Shown piece after piece: positions 1-9,354 of a stretch of 44,101 nucleotides of DNA; position 1 is the stretch's first letter, and every line of letters starts with the position of its first letter. A model generated the notes under the pieces. That model had not been told where the DNA came from and did no database searches. It saw only the letters and a list, made by a program, of their open reading frames with translations. The stretch lies in the NCBI GenBank assembly GCA_044345405.1, contig JBIJBE010000029.1:1-44101 (forward strand), given 5' to 3'. Position numbers and translations under genes: made by a program. The DNA comes from Bdellovibrionota bacterium. Lineage in GTDB: Bacteria > Bdellovibrionota_C > UBA2361 > OMII01.

Positions 1-820
1 GGAAATTTCCACACGGAGACCAACACACAGCGCGATCCGCGCGGTGATCCTCGGTGAGCTGGACTAAGTGAGTGCCGTCGCGATTGGATACGTAAACGTC
101 CCCATCATCTTGAAACGCCTTCATCAGTTGCATCGCTTTTCGGGCCTGCGCGTTGTTTCCGTTCCGAACGATCTCACGATACTGTTCAAAGACCTCCTGA
201 TATTCTTCCGGAGTCTTTCCATTCCGGTGAGAGGTAAAGGCTATCCGCTCACCGTCAGGCGAATAGACCGGACCAGAATCGTGCGCCGGATGAGAGTGAA
301 TAGCCCTGATGCGCGCATCGGAGAATCGATACTCCATAATATCGGTCACGCCGATGGGGCTAAACCGTCCCCCGTCCTGTCGCGCCGCCGCGAAGATAAC
401 GGACTCGCCATCGGGTGAGAGCCTCGGTGTCGACTCGATCCCCGGGGCGTCGAAGAGGGTTTTCAACCCCGACCCGTCGATTGAAACCGAACAAACACTT
501 AAATCTCTGCGATCTCCGCCGTTACCGGAGAAGATTATACTCGTTCCGTCGGGATGCCATGAGGGAAACTGGCACGCTATGTTGTGCGTAAGTTTTCTTT
601 GATTTTTGCCGTCAGGCTCCATTAACCACAGCGAGGAAATACCATCCTCCTCAACGCGCGTGAAAGCTATCAAAGCTCCGTCTGGTGACCACCGGGGGTG
701 GTCGTTGAGGTGAACTCCACGCGTCAACTGCGACAACTTTCCGGTCTCAAGGTCGAGGGACCATATATCAAAATCGACCGCTCTGCCGGATGAAAAAACA
801 ACTTTCCCTTTGAGTCCCAT
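1..820 (-). CDS. TolB-like / PD40-repeat beta-propeller protein (3' end runs off the window)
   Basis: Not in the ORF track because it is open at the edge. Manual translation from ATG 820 gives MGLKGKVVFSSGRAVDFDIWSLDLETGKLSQLTRGVHLNDHPRWSPDGALIAF...PSWHPDG...PRLSPDG...PVYSPDGERIAFTSHRNG...CWSPCG, i.e. repeated PxWSPDG motifs. Alternative start at 844. Confidence 0.88.
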   Translation of the reverse strand, partial: MGLKGKVVFSSGRAVDFDIWSLDLETGKLSQLTRGVHLNDHPRWSPDGALIAFTRVEEDGISSLWLMEPDGKNQRKLTHNIACQFPSWHPDGTSIIFSGNGGDRRDLSVCSVSIDGSGLKTLFDAPGIESTPRLSPDGESVIFAAARQDGGRFSPIGVTDIMEYRFSDARIRAIHSHPAHDSGPVYSPDGERIAFTSHRNGKTPEEYQEVFEQYREIVRNGNNAQARKAMQLMKAFQDDGDVYVSNRDGTHLVQLTEDHRADRAVCWSPCGNF

Positions 821-932
821 ACGCTTCCCCACTTTTGTCTCCATAGGAGCTTCGGCTCAACGATGTCTGCCCTTAATCCTTGGGAGCGATGAAGGGATGG
901 TCTAGGTGTTTCTCGTAGGGGACGTCCAGAGG

Positions 933-1880
933 TCAAGAACTCGCGAGCCGAGCGAGCGCTGCGAGCGCGACCCTAACGGCGTCAGAGACCTGGGAAGAGA
1001 TCGCCGTTGAAAAGGTATCGAGCTCGCGATGAGCCGCTGCCACGCAGATAGCGCCCGCCCGATATCCGAACGCTCGGCAGAGGTGAAGAACAAAGGCGGT
1101 CTCCATGTCCATATTGAGGAAGCGAGGATCCCGCGCGAGCAGACGATCGATATCCGGGACTGCGGGGCGCACAAGGCTCACATCCCGGCCTTGAGGCGCG
1201 AAGAATCCGCTCGCGGTAACCGTTGCCCCAACCTGATAGGCTATACCTAAGGCGTCCGCGCTTGCACGGAGCGCGTCAACAACCGCGATATCCGCGACTG
1301 ACCCGTAGGGATGAATCTTTCCGTGCGCGACATGGTGAGGCTCCAGCGCTCCCTCAATCACCGAACGCGCACCCGCAGCGAGTTCCCTCGCGGTCGCGTC
1401 ATCCGTCATCCCGTCCCCGTAGAACCAAGCGGTACTATCGATCCCAACAGCGTGAGAGGATATCACGGCGGTGCCCAATGGCGTCGAACGTTGCAACGCT
1501 CCCGATGTCCCGACACGGATAATCGTCAAGGCCGAGGGGCTTGACGACCGTCGGATACGCGTAGCCGTGTCGATCTCAGACAATGCCGAGATCTCGTTCA
1601 GCACTATCTCGGTCGAGGGAGCGCCCATTCCGGTCGTAGTGACGGTCACTCGCTGCCTGGTCTCGCGAACGATCCCGGTGCATGTCGTTAATCCACGGTG
1701 CGAAACGCGACACTCGTGCGATTCGAAGAAGGTATCGGCAATCAAATCAACCCGCTCGGGATCTCCCACAATCACGATCGACGGAGCGAGCTGCTCAGCG
1801 GAGATACCGAGGTGATACGCGATCCCCCCGGCCAACGGCAGGTCGCTCATGGAATATGGGGTCGCGCGAGGAGAGGTCAT
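933..1880 (-). CDS. udp: Uridine/nucleoside phosphorylase (PNP_UDP_1 family)
   Basis: YHLG, VGDPERV, TGMGAPS, IIRVGTSGAL, GFFAPQGR and NMDMET motifs. Confidence 0.85.
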   Translation of the reverse strand: MTSPRATPYSMSDLPLAGGIAYHLGISAEQLAPSIVIVGDPERVDLIADTFFESHECRVSHRGLTTCTGIVRETRQRVTVTTTGMGAPSTEIVLNEISALSEIDTATRIRRSSSPSALTIIRVGTSGALQRSTPLGTAVISSHAVGIDSTAWFYGDGMTDDATARELAAGARSVIEGALEPHHVAHGKIHPYGSVADIAVVDALRASADALGIAYQVGATVTASGFFAPQGRDVSLVRPAVPDIDRLLARDPRFLNMDMETAFVLHLCRAFGYRAGAICVAAAHRELDTFSTAISSQVSDAVRVALAALARLASS

Positions 1881-1921
1881 ACGGAAACTCTACAGAGCCA
1901 TGGCTCGCGACGACAGCCCTG

Positions 1922-2659
1922 TTATGGAGATCGCTTCCGCGCTAGGACGACATCGCCACGGCGCTCAATGAGCTCAAAACCGAGACACTCAGCGATCCAC
2001 TCGAAGGTGCGCTCGGAATAAAATACGACGTGGGTCGGATCGCGGTGATACCACCACCCCTCGAAATCGTCGGGCACCCTCCTCGTAACCACACCGAGTA
2101 CCCCTTTCGGTTTCAACATCGCGCCGAGCCGCGAAAACTCTGCCCCAGGCTCTTGAAAATGCTCCGAAACCTCGCAACACGAGATATAGTCGTAGGTATC
2201 GGTGGTCAGGAGATCCCGCCGAGGAAAGAAGATCAGATCGTACGAAACGCACCGTATACCCCGCTCCCGCATCAGCGGCTCAATAGAGAGCACGGGACCG
2301 CATCCGTAATCGAGACCAACCGCGTCACGTGGCAGAAGCGACACAAGAGGTTCCACGAGCCGGAGGAGGTGCGCCCGATATCCCTCATCCTCAAGATCGT
2401 TGTTGTGTTTTTCGTAGTGCGCGCGCTCCTGCGCGCGGTTCGCGCGAACCATCGGGTCTTTGATGACGAGCGAGCACTCCTCGCACCGATAAAAGCGTAA
2501 TCCATTCCCCATCCGCGAATGGGGAGCGTAGAGATGCCATGGAACGCCATGAGTAACGACCCAATAAAGCGGCACTCGGTCCCCCGCGCAGAGCGGACAT
2601 CGGTATAAGGAAGGAGCTGGCGCTGTCTCGAGACTCAACACCCCTCTACCCAACCACAA
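1922..2659 (-). CDS. Class I SAM-dependent methyltransferase with N-terminal Zn-binding CxxC pairs
   Basis: CPLC...CEEC, YEKHNN, LDYGCG, EVSEHF, WWYHRDPTHVVFYS; start uncertain. Confidence 0.85.
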   Translation of the reverse strand: MWLGRGVLSLETAPAPSLYRCPLCAGDRVPLYWVVTHGVPWHLYAPHSRMGNGLRFYRCEECSLVIKDPMVRANRAQERAHYEKHNNDLEDEGYRAHLLRLVEPLVSLLPRDAVGLDYGCGPVLSIEPLMRERGIRCVSYDLIFFPRRDLLTTDTYDYISCCEVSEHFQEPGAEFSRLGAMLKPKGVLGVVTRRVPDDFEGWWYHRDPTHVVFYSERTFEWIAECLGFELIERRGDVVLARKRSP

Positions 2660-2692
2660 AAAGATACCGCACGCGAGAGGGTTTAGCCGCTA

Positions 2693-3565
2693 CTACAGAG
2701 GAGCGATCAGGCTTGACACCTCGGTCTCTCGGGGCGCAATCATCATCTTGCGCTCAATTCCCCACGCTCTATGGGAGATATCTCTACTCAGGTCGCATGG
2801 CCTCACACACGAGAGGACCTCGCCCGTCGAAAGGTCTCGCAAGACACATCCAAGACGCTCTGCTATCGCGAGCGGCGCCATAAGATCCCACAAGCGCTGC
2901 TTCCCGACCATCGAGCCACACAGCTCGCCGGTAGCGGTTTCCATAAAATCGTGGACGGATGAACCGCTCGATACCCACGGCAGCTTCATCTCAAAACCGT
3001 GCTTAGCGAGCCAACCACGATCGCTCGAATTAACAGATATCCGCCTCTCAAAAACAGCCCTTCGTTGAACCTTCTCTTCAGCTCCAGAGGCGAACACCTC
3101 TCGGACCACCTCATGTCCCGTTGTCCAGAAGATAACCCCAGCGAACGGGAGCGCGACAACGCTTGCGATCGGCCACACTCCATCACCTACGGAGCGCGTC
3201 AACGCGACCGCCACACAGAACGGCTTACCACCCTCAACGAAATTCTTGGTACCGTCGATAGGATCAAGGATGATCTGGTTGGGCGAACGAAGAAAAGAGG
3301 AGTACAGCCCCTCCGGATTCGCACTACCCTCCCCCTCTTGCGCCGTTGCCATTTCCTCGCCCAACACCGGAATACCAGGAAAAGCATGTGCGAACCCCTG
3401 ACTGAGGTGCCGTTCAACCGCGGTATCGGTCTCCGTTACGAAACTACCATCGGGCTTAAGGGTCGGGGTGCGAGAGTCGGCCGCCGCCGCCGCAAGGATG
3501 ACGGGCAGAACCTCCCGAACGAGTTGGCGCGCAGTTACAACGAAAGATTCTTCTAAAGCAGACAC
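2693..3565 (-). CDS. Inositol monophosphatase family protein
   Basis: KPDGSFVTETD, GEE, DPIDGTKNF and WD motifs; GTG 3565 follows a purine-rich SD (ORF extends to 3601). Confidence 0.85.
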   Translation of the reverse strand: MSALEESFVVTARQLVREVLPVILAAAAADSRTPTLKPDGSFVTETDTAVERHLSQGFAHAFPGIPVLGEEMATAQEGEGSANPEGLYSSFLRSPNQIILDPIDGTKNFVEGGKPFCVAVALTRSVGDGVWPIASVVALPFAGVIFWTTGHEVVREVFASGAEEKVQRRAVFERRISVNSSDRGWLAKHGFEMKLPWVSSGSSVHDFMETATGELCGSMVGKQRLWDLMAPLAIAERLGCVLRDLSTGEVLSCVRPCDLSRDISHRAWGIERKMMIAPRETEVSSLIAPL

Positions 3566-3669
3566 GGATTCCCCTTTAAGGAGCAACAACGTGCACTCCA
3601 CCTCTAGCTACACCAGCGAGGATATCACAACCGCCATGTGGTCGGAACAGCGGCCTTCACCGATACCAC

Positions 3670-4287
3670 CTAGCTTGGAAGGGGGGTAACCAGCGGAACT
3701 GCACCAGAACCTATCAGAACGCTCCCGAGCATAAGGGAAATGATAACCAACGCGACAATACTGAGCAGTATGGTTCCGATAAAGAACAAGGCTCGCTTTT
3801 CAGATCGCACGTCGACCATAGCGGGAATCCCCTGCCATGCCCAGTACAGCGTAGCCACAGAAGCGACGAGCCCCACCAACGCTCCGATAAACGGAACGAT
3901 ACCCGCCAACTGACCAACAAAACTTACCATGGACGCGTGGATTGCCCAGCTATAGGCCTTATCAAGACTTACGTTCCCTCCAACAAAAGATGCGACCTGG
4001 GTCGCGATAAACGCCACGACAAAGCCGGAGGCGCATCCCATAACGATAGCGGAGACAAACTGAAGCACGACGAGACGGGTCCCCACGACGGAAGCGAACC
4101 CCGACAGGAAAGCCCCTACTGCAATGACGAGGGCCGAAATGACCGCCATGGGAACCGCGAACTCTTTAAAGAGCGTTTTAGCGTCCCGGGAATCCGCGGA
4201 TACCGTCGTCCAACATCCCGAAGGATCCGTAACGACCATCTTTACACGTTCAACGAGCGGGGCGATTGAGTAGGTTGTGTTAGTCAT
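3670..4287 (-). CDS. Yip1-family membrane protein
   Basis: ERVKMVVTDPSGCW N-terminus, about five hydrophobic segments, GIPAM motif near the end. Confidence 0.75.
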   Translation of the reverse strand: MTNTTYSIAPLVERVKMVVTDPSGCWTTVSADSRDAKTLFKEFAVPMAVISALVIAVGAFLSGFASVVGTRLVVLQFVSAIVMGCASGFVVAFIATQVASFVGGNVSLDKAYSWAIHASMVSFVGQLAGIVPFIGALVGLVASVATLYWAWQGIPAMVDVRSEKRALFFIGTILLSIVALVIISLMLGSVLIGSGAVPLVTPLPS

Positions 4288-4445
4288 GCGGCAACGGTAA
4301 TCCAAACAAAGCAGGGTCGACAACTAGCTTTATCATGCTGAAGCCCCCCAAATGGAATGACCTTCGAGCCGCATGGCGCCGCAATTTCGATAAAAACCAA
4401 AGATTTATGGCTCAGGTAGGCCGTGGGTCCATTACCTGACAGGCC

Positions 4446-5264
4446 CTAGCGGTCGTCGGAGGCGAGAAACTCCCTTGACCTGTCGGTCAACACGACATCA
4501 ACACCCGCACCACACACCTGTCGCCACGTCACTGGCTGGTCGGTCCCAGGTTTGAGGGTCTTCACAACAACCCGAGCACCCTTCGCATGGATCAAGCCCA
4601 CCGAACGTTCGAGCCCCCAGTCGTGATCTACCTGAACATACTCAGGGGAATGCTCAAGTAAGCTCTCAACCTCAGCCGGCGCGTGGGCCCGGGCGAGGAC
4701 GGCGACCTTTGGATAGCGAGACCTCATGAACTGAAGGATCGCCTTCGTTGGACATTGCACCACAACGTGAGACTCCGCACCCACCTCCTCCACCTCACCC
4801 ATGACCCGTGTATAGTCACGGGGCGAGGCGGACTTAATATCAAGCATCAACATTCCGGAGCCCCCCTGAACCTCACGCAGGACCATTCGTAATTTCGGAA
4901 TCCTCGAACCATCTGGAAGTCGAATTAGGTTGAGCTCCTCACGGGAGAGCGATGATATCGGCTGTCCAAGAAGGCGATCACCGCCTCGAACGTTTGTCGA
5001 CGAAAGGCGCCGGTCGTGAAAGAGAACGAGTTCATTATCCGCGGTCCCCCGAATATCTATCTCGATGTACGGGATCCCCGCCGCCGCACGGATAGCTTCG
5101 ATGCTGTTACCCGAAGCCCTTGTATGTTCCCCCCGATGCGCGCTCGGAACACACCGATGCTCGGCCCGGGCAGGCACAGCGATATAGCAGCACGCCATGA
5201 TCGCCACCCAGAAAAGAGGCAATAGCCATCTCACGAACACGATGGAGCAATGGTAGTAATTCAT
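4446..5264 (-). CDS. Glycerophosphodiester phosphodiesterase family protein (probably exported)
   Basis: AHRG, IEIDIR, LVLFHD, DIK, GVDVVLTD motifs; hydrophobic N-terminus; start uncertain. Confidence 0.82.
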   Translation of the reverse strand: MNYYHCSIVFVRWLLPLFWVAIMACCYIAVPARAEHRCVPSAHRGEHTRASGNSIEAIRAAAGIPYIEIDIRGTADNELVLFHDRRLSSTNVRGGDRLLGQPISSLSREELNLIRLPDGSRIPKLRMVLREVQGGSGMLMLDIKSASPRDYTRVMGEVEEVGAESHVVVQCPTKAILQFMRSRYPKVAVLARAHAPAEVESLLEHSPEYVQVDHDWGLERSVGLIHAKGARVVVKTLKPGTDQPVTWRQVCGAGVDVVLTDRSREFLASDDR

Positions 5265-5493
5265 ATAATCGAGAGGGGTGTATTCCTCCAGTCTACCCCG
5301 CGGGTGAACCAAGCCCAAAGGTTTTCCGCGAGCCGTGAGCTATCAGGATATAGCCCTCTCCGATCGCTGAGGCGGGTCAACGCTAAAGCCCCATCTCCAT
5401 CAGTTGGTTAGCGGTCAAATGTATGAGATACTCCCAACGGTCCGTTGTAGGGATCACTGTTTAATCTGACTACCCCTAAAGAGAAGTCGCAGT

Positions 5494-6291
5494 ATGTCCA
5501 CAGCTCGCTCCGCGTCGTTCGACAAATACGAAGCTTACGCCCGTTCCGTGCAATCTCCTCGCGAGGACGCTCGCTTCATGCGTCTCGTCTACCGAAACCT
5601 CAACAAGAGCGAACCGACGATTATGCGGGAGGATTTCTGCGGCACATTCGCGCTGTGCTGCGAATGGGTCAAGCTCGATGAGACAAAGAGAGCTATCGGG
5701 CTCGACATCGATCCGGAACCACTGGCGTACGGCACGGAGACCTACCTTTCTGAGCTCACGCCATCCCAACAAAAACGGGTAAGAACCCTTGAACGGGATG
5801 TGCTTGTTCGCTACGCGAGCAAGTCGGACATCATCTGCGCTCTTAATTTTAGCTACTTCTGCTTCCAGGAGCGGGCGACCCTCCTCCGCTATTTCAAAGC
5901 GTGCCGACAATCGCTTCGCCCTGACGGACTCTTCGTCGTCGACGCCTTCGGCGGACCACAGTGCGGAGAGCCATCAACCGACAAGAAGCGCCTTCCTGGA
6001 CTCACCTACTACTTTGAGCAGGAAAACTTCGATCCGATAAACAACCGTACGCGGTTCAGCATTCACTTCAAACCCAAAGATGGGAAGACACGCAAACGGG
6101 CCTTCACCTACGACTGGCGCATGTGGAGCATTCCTGAGATTCGAGATGTGATGCTCGACGCCGGATTTAAAGAGGTCGAGGTCTACTGGGAAGGCACCTC
6201 CCGTGACGGTCGTGGAAGTGGGCGATTCAATCGAAAAGCCAAGGGCGAGCCGTGTCAGGTATGGGTCGCCTACGTAGTGGGCCGAGTCTAA
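5494..6291 (+). CDS. Class I SAM-dependent methyltransferase
   Basis: REDFCGT motif I, GLDID, DIICALNFSY, L-x-P-x-G-LFVVD, YDWRMWSIPE. Confidence 0.82.
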   Translation: MSTARSASFDKYEAYARSVQSPREDARFMRLVYRNLNKSEPTIMREDFCGTFALCCEWVKLDETKRAIGLDIDPEPLAYGTETYLSELTPSQQKRVRTLERDVLVRYASKSDIICALNFSYFCFQERATLLRYFKACRQSLRPDGLFVVDAFGGPQCGEPSTDKKRLPGLTYYFEQENFDPINNRTRFSIHFKPKDGKTRKRAFTYDWRMWSIPEIRDVMLDAGFKEVEVYWEGTSRDGRGSGRFNRKAKGEPCQVWVAYVVGRV

Positions 6292-6304
6292 AGCCTCCCT
6301 TACG

Positions 6305-6931
6305 TCAACGAGCCTTTGGGGTCGCCTCTCGCAACACGGCGGCGACCTTTCCTGGATTGAACTCAATACCGGCGAAGTAGCGAAGTACTGTCCCGTTAGG
6401 AGCGACGAGAAATATAGCCGAGCTGTGTTCAAGCTCCTTGTCGGCGTACCGCACTCTAAATCCGAGCTCCTCGTTAATGGCGGCGATATCGCCTGGCTTA
6501 GTCGTGAGAAATCGGATCGCCTCAGGTGGCACCGGCTGTTTCTCAATCCGCCTCACCGTCTTCGCGCGCTTCTCCGTGGCGTCTGCACTCGTATCATCCG
6601 GGTTGAAACTATAAAACACGACAGAGTAGTCACGCCCCAGAGCAAGCGGAATCTGATTGATGAGAGCGACGACTCCAGACACCGTCAATCCGCACAGGCG
6701 TGGGCACTTATAAAAAACAGGGACGAGGATAAAGGGACGCTCCGGTAGCACGAGAGCACCGAGCGGAGCCGTCTCTCCATGTGCGTCGACGAACGAGCGA
6801 GTGAGGTCGACGCGAGCGTTAGGCTTGGTATAGATCCCCATGCGAGGAGATTCCGAATCAGCTAGCGCCCCGATGCTCGTGAGCGATAACAACAATCCGA
6901 CGAGAGCACACACACGAAGGATCACGAGCAC
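6305..6931 (-). CDS. SCO1/SenC copper chaperone family protein
   Basis: CPRLC (CxxxC), SFNPDD, conserved His in HSSAI; signal peptide; overlaps the stop of the upstream oxidase. Confidence 0.85.
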   Translation of the reverse strand: MLVILRVCALVGLLLSLTSIGALADSESPRMGIYTKPNARVDLTRSFVDAHGETAPLGALVLPERPFILVPVFYKCPRLCGLTVSGVVALINQIPLALGRDYSVVFYSFNPDDTSADATEKRAKTVRRIEKQPVPPEAIRFLTTKPGDIAAINEELGFRVRYADKELEHSSAIFLVAPNGTVLRYFAGIEFNPGKVAAVLREATPKAR

Positions 6932-8412
6932 GGACGCCCCTGCACCATTCGGTTGTTATCAACGGCCCCGGGATTGCTCGGATCAACGACGACGATATTT
7001 TGCATCATCCCGCCATCCTCATGCTCAAGGATATGACAATGAAACACGAATCGACCAACCTGGCTCGGTCGATTAAACGGTATGATAATCTGGATGCTCT
7101 CTCCCGGACCAATGTCGACGGAATCCTGATAGCCAAGAAACTCAACCGCGCTTCCGTTCCGTCCTATCACCTGGAAGTCGGTCTGATGAATGTGAAAGGT
7201 GTGAACCTCTTGAGAATTGTTAACGAGGTCCCACCTTTCCACGGATCCGAGAGGTACGACGACGTCATCACGACTTGGGCTGTACATCTTGCCATTGATG
7301 AAGAACTGCCCCTGATCGTTATTTTCGCTGAACACGATACGACGACTTCCAGTTACGGCGAGTTTTCGAAGGTCAGGAACGTTGGAGAGGGTCTCTGGGA
7401 TGATCACCGGGGTGTCTTGAGAACCAGACACCTCAAGGGTTCCGAGGGTATCCTCAGGAGTTGGGTCTCCATCTGGCCCCGTATTCACCGCGAGCGTCCG
7501 AAAGGTGTAGGTACCAGGCGCGCCCCCTGTGATCAGGAATTCGGTGCGGGCGCCCGGAGGAAGTATAGTCGTTTTCTGTCTAACGGGCTTCGTGTGAATA
7601 TTCCCGTCTCGCGCGATCTCGACCATCTCGTGTCCATCTATGGAGAGCTTATAGAGAAGATTGGCGCCCATGTTACCTACTCGCCACAACTGCGTTTCAC
7701 CGGGCCGAATCGCGATTGAGGGACGAACGATCCCGTTAATCGTTCGGAGCGTCGGCTTACTGTAGTCGGGAGTCGTCACCTTTCCATCACTCGACGCCTG
7801 CACATCCTTGAGAACCATGACCCGCTCCCGAATGCCATCGAGAAAGGGAAGCTGTTCCGTAACTCCGTCAATCAGAAGCCCTCCAGAGAGGCCATTAAAA
7901 ACCTGGGTCTCAGCAAGTCCCATCATGTGCGAGTGATACCAGTAGAGTCCTGTACTTTGATCGCTCGGAATGTTGATCGTGTAGTCGTAGCAGTTTTCGG
8001 GCTCAACCTGCACAAAGATGCTATCACCGGGAGGTTTTGGTGAAACGTTGAGTCCGTGGTAGTGGACGTTTGAGGGCTTGCTGGGATCGAGGTTACGGAG
8101 ACGAAGATTAATGGTGTCTCCTGGACGAACCCGGAGAAGTGGCGCGGCATAATCACCGTTGTAGACAGTAGAGGTAAAACGAAGATCGCCCGCCTTGTTC
8201 TCCTGAAACGAGATAGTGAGTTCCGTATGCAGCTTTCCCCCACTGCTGCGAATCTCCGATGGTGACTCAAAGGTCTCGGAAGAACCTCCACCTCCGTTAC
8301 ACCCCACGACGAAGAGAAGCGCCATCAGTGGCCCAGCGAGCGTTGCCGTCAGAGGCCGAGCCGAGCGCATGCCACCCACTATGAGCGTAAAAGAACCAAC
8401 ATCACTTCGCAT
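6922..8412 (-). CDS. Multicopper oxidase (laccase-like), probable lipoprotein
   Basis: All four Cu motifs: HYHG, YWYHSH, HTFHIH, HCHILEHEDGGMM; lipobox-like LFVVGC. Confidence 0.93.
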   Translation of the reverse strand: MRSDVGSFTLIVGGMRSARPLTATLAGPLMALLFVVGCNGGGGSSETFESPSEIRSSGGKLHTELTISFQENKAGDLRFTSTVYNGDYAAPLLRVRPGDTINLRLRNLDPSKPSNVHYHGLNVSPKPPGDSIFVQVEPENCYDYTINIPSDQSTGLYWYHSHMMGLAETQVFNGLSGGLLIDGVTEQLPFLDGIRERVMVLKDVQASSDGKVTTPDYSKPTLRTINGIVRPSIAIRPGETQLWRVGNMGANLLYKLSIDGHEMVEIARDGNIHTKPVRQKTTILPPGARTEFLITGGAPGTYTFRTLAVNTGPDGDPTPEDTLGTLEVSGSQDTPVIIPETLSNVPDLRKLAVTGSRRIVFSENNDQGQFFINGKMYSPSRDDVVVPLGSVERWDLVNNSQEVHTFHIHQTDFQVIGRNGSAVEFLGYQDSVDIGPGESIQIIIPFNRPSQVGRFVFHCHILEHEDGGMMQNIVVVDPSNPGAVDNNRMVQGRPCS

Positions 8413-8690
8413 AGAAAATTCCCCGTAGGTACTCTGTATGTGGACCGAAGATTTTCACCTCATCGGTAGAATCGCAATACTCTTTGATACTTTGGCGCCG
8501 ACTCTCCCTCTCACCTCGGCGAGCCATGCTCTTAACGGGTAGTTAGCGCAGGGCTCGCGATCCTACTCCCCTCGCACCTTTCATCCGGCGTCACACGTTC
8601 ACCAACTATGAGAGATCATCCCTCTCCGACGCGGACCTATCGAAAATAAGCTCAAACCATGGAGTTACAACCACCTTAAGGAGATTACGT

Positions 8691-9302
8691 ATGAAGATGT
8701 CTGCGACAACACTTTTCGCCATCGGGGCGACGATGTTCGCTTTCAGCGATTGCCAAGCCCAACCCGCGACAGGAAGGATCCGACTTGAGATAGCCAACCT
8801 GACGTGCGCGGCGGTATCTCCCGAATCGGCGAGTTACGACAACCCGAATCCATCCGACCTTAACGATGGAGATCTCGATCGAGCCGAGACGACAGCGATT
8901 CAGCAGGGATGCACCCTGCGAGCGAGCGCTGTCGATGGCGCCGGTACTCCGCAATCGAACCTGCAACTCACGCTCGTTCAGGCTGCCGCCCCGAACGGTG
9001 AGTTCAGGCCGTTCGGCAATCCCCGACTGACCGACGCGCAGGGCAACGCGACTTGGAGATTCCAACCTAGCCCCAATACGGACTTTATATACGAAGCGGT
9101 TAGTTCGACTCCTGGTCAATCCGGAGTTCGTTCCAACTCAGTAGAGATTCAGCTCTGCACGGGGGAGAGCAGCGTGGGCGCAATCGAGGGAGCTCCTACC
9201 ACAGATAGCGGTCAGGGATGTCAGGGAGAAAATGATTCAACTGGCGGAGATGACGTTGGAGATTCAGTGAGCGATTTTCTTCAAAACGGACCGAACAAGT
9301 AA
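8691..9302 (+). CDS. Secreted hypothetical protein with a possible Ig-like (Big-1-like) segment
   Basis: Strong SD (TAAGGAG), signal peptide, TDAQGNATW motif, acidic C-terminal tail. Confidence 0.7.
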   Translation: MKMSATTLFAIGATMFAFSDCQAQPATGRIRLEIANLTCAAVSPESASYDNPNPSDLNDGDLDRAETTAIQQGCTLRASAVDGAGTPQSNLQLTLVQAAAPNGEFRPFGNPRLTDAQGNATWRFQPSPNTDFIYEAVSSTPGQSGVRSNSVEIQLCTGESSVGAIEGAPTTDSGQGCQGENDSTGGDDVGDSVSDFLQNGPNK

Positions 9303-9315
9303 CAAGACAACTGGA

Positions 9316-9337
9316 GCGCACGCCCGCGGGCGTGCGC
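9316..9337. terminator. Perfect 22-bp palindrome between convergent genes, likely bidirectional terminator
   Basis: GCGCACGCCCG/CGGGCGTGCGC between the stops at 9302 and 9355; no U-tract. Confidence 0.5.
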
Positions 9338-9354
9338 CACCGGAGACTCGTCGA

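Noticed and set aside
68-602. Plus-strand ORFs 68..418 and 309..602
   Set aside because: Antisense shadows of the PD40 propeller gene on the minus strand
7000-7719. Long antisense ORFs (7000..7719, 15367..15942, 17006..17851)
   Set aside because: They fully overlap well-supported genes on the opposite strand, as expected from codon bias in GC-rich DNA
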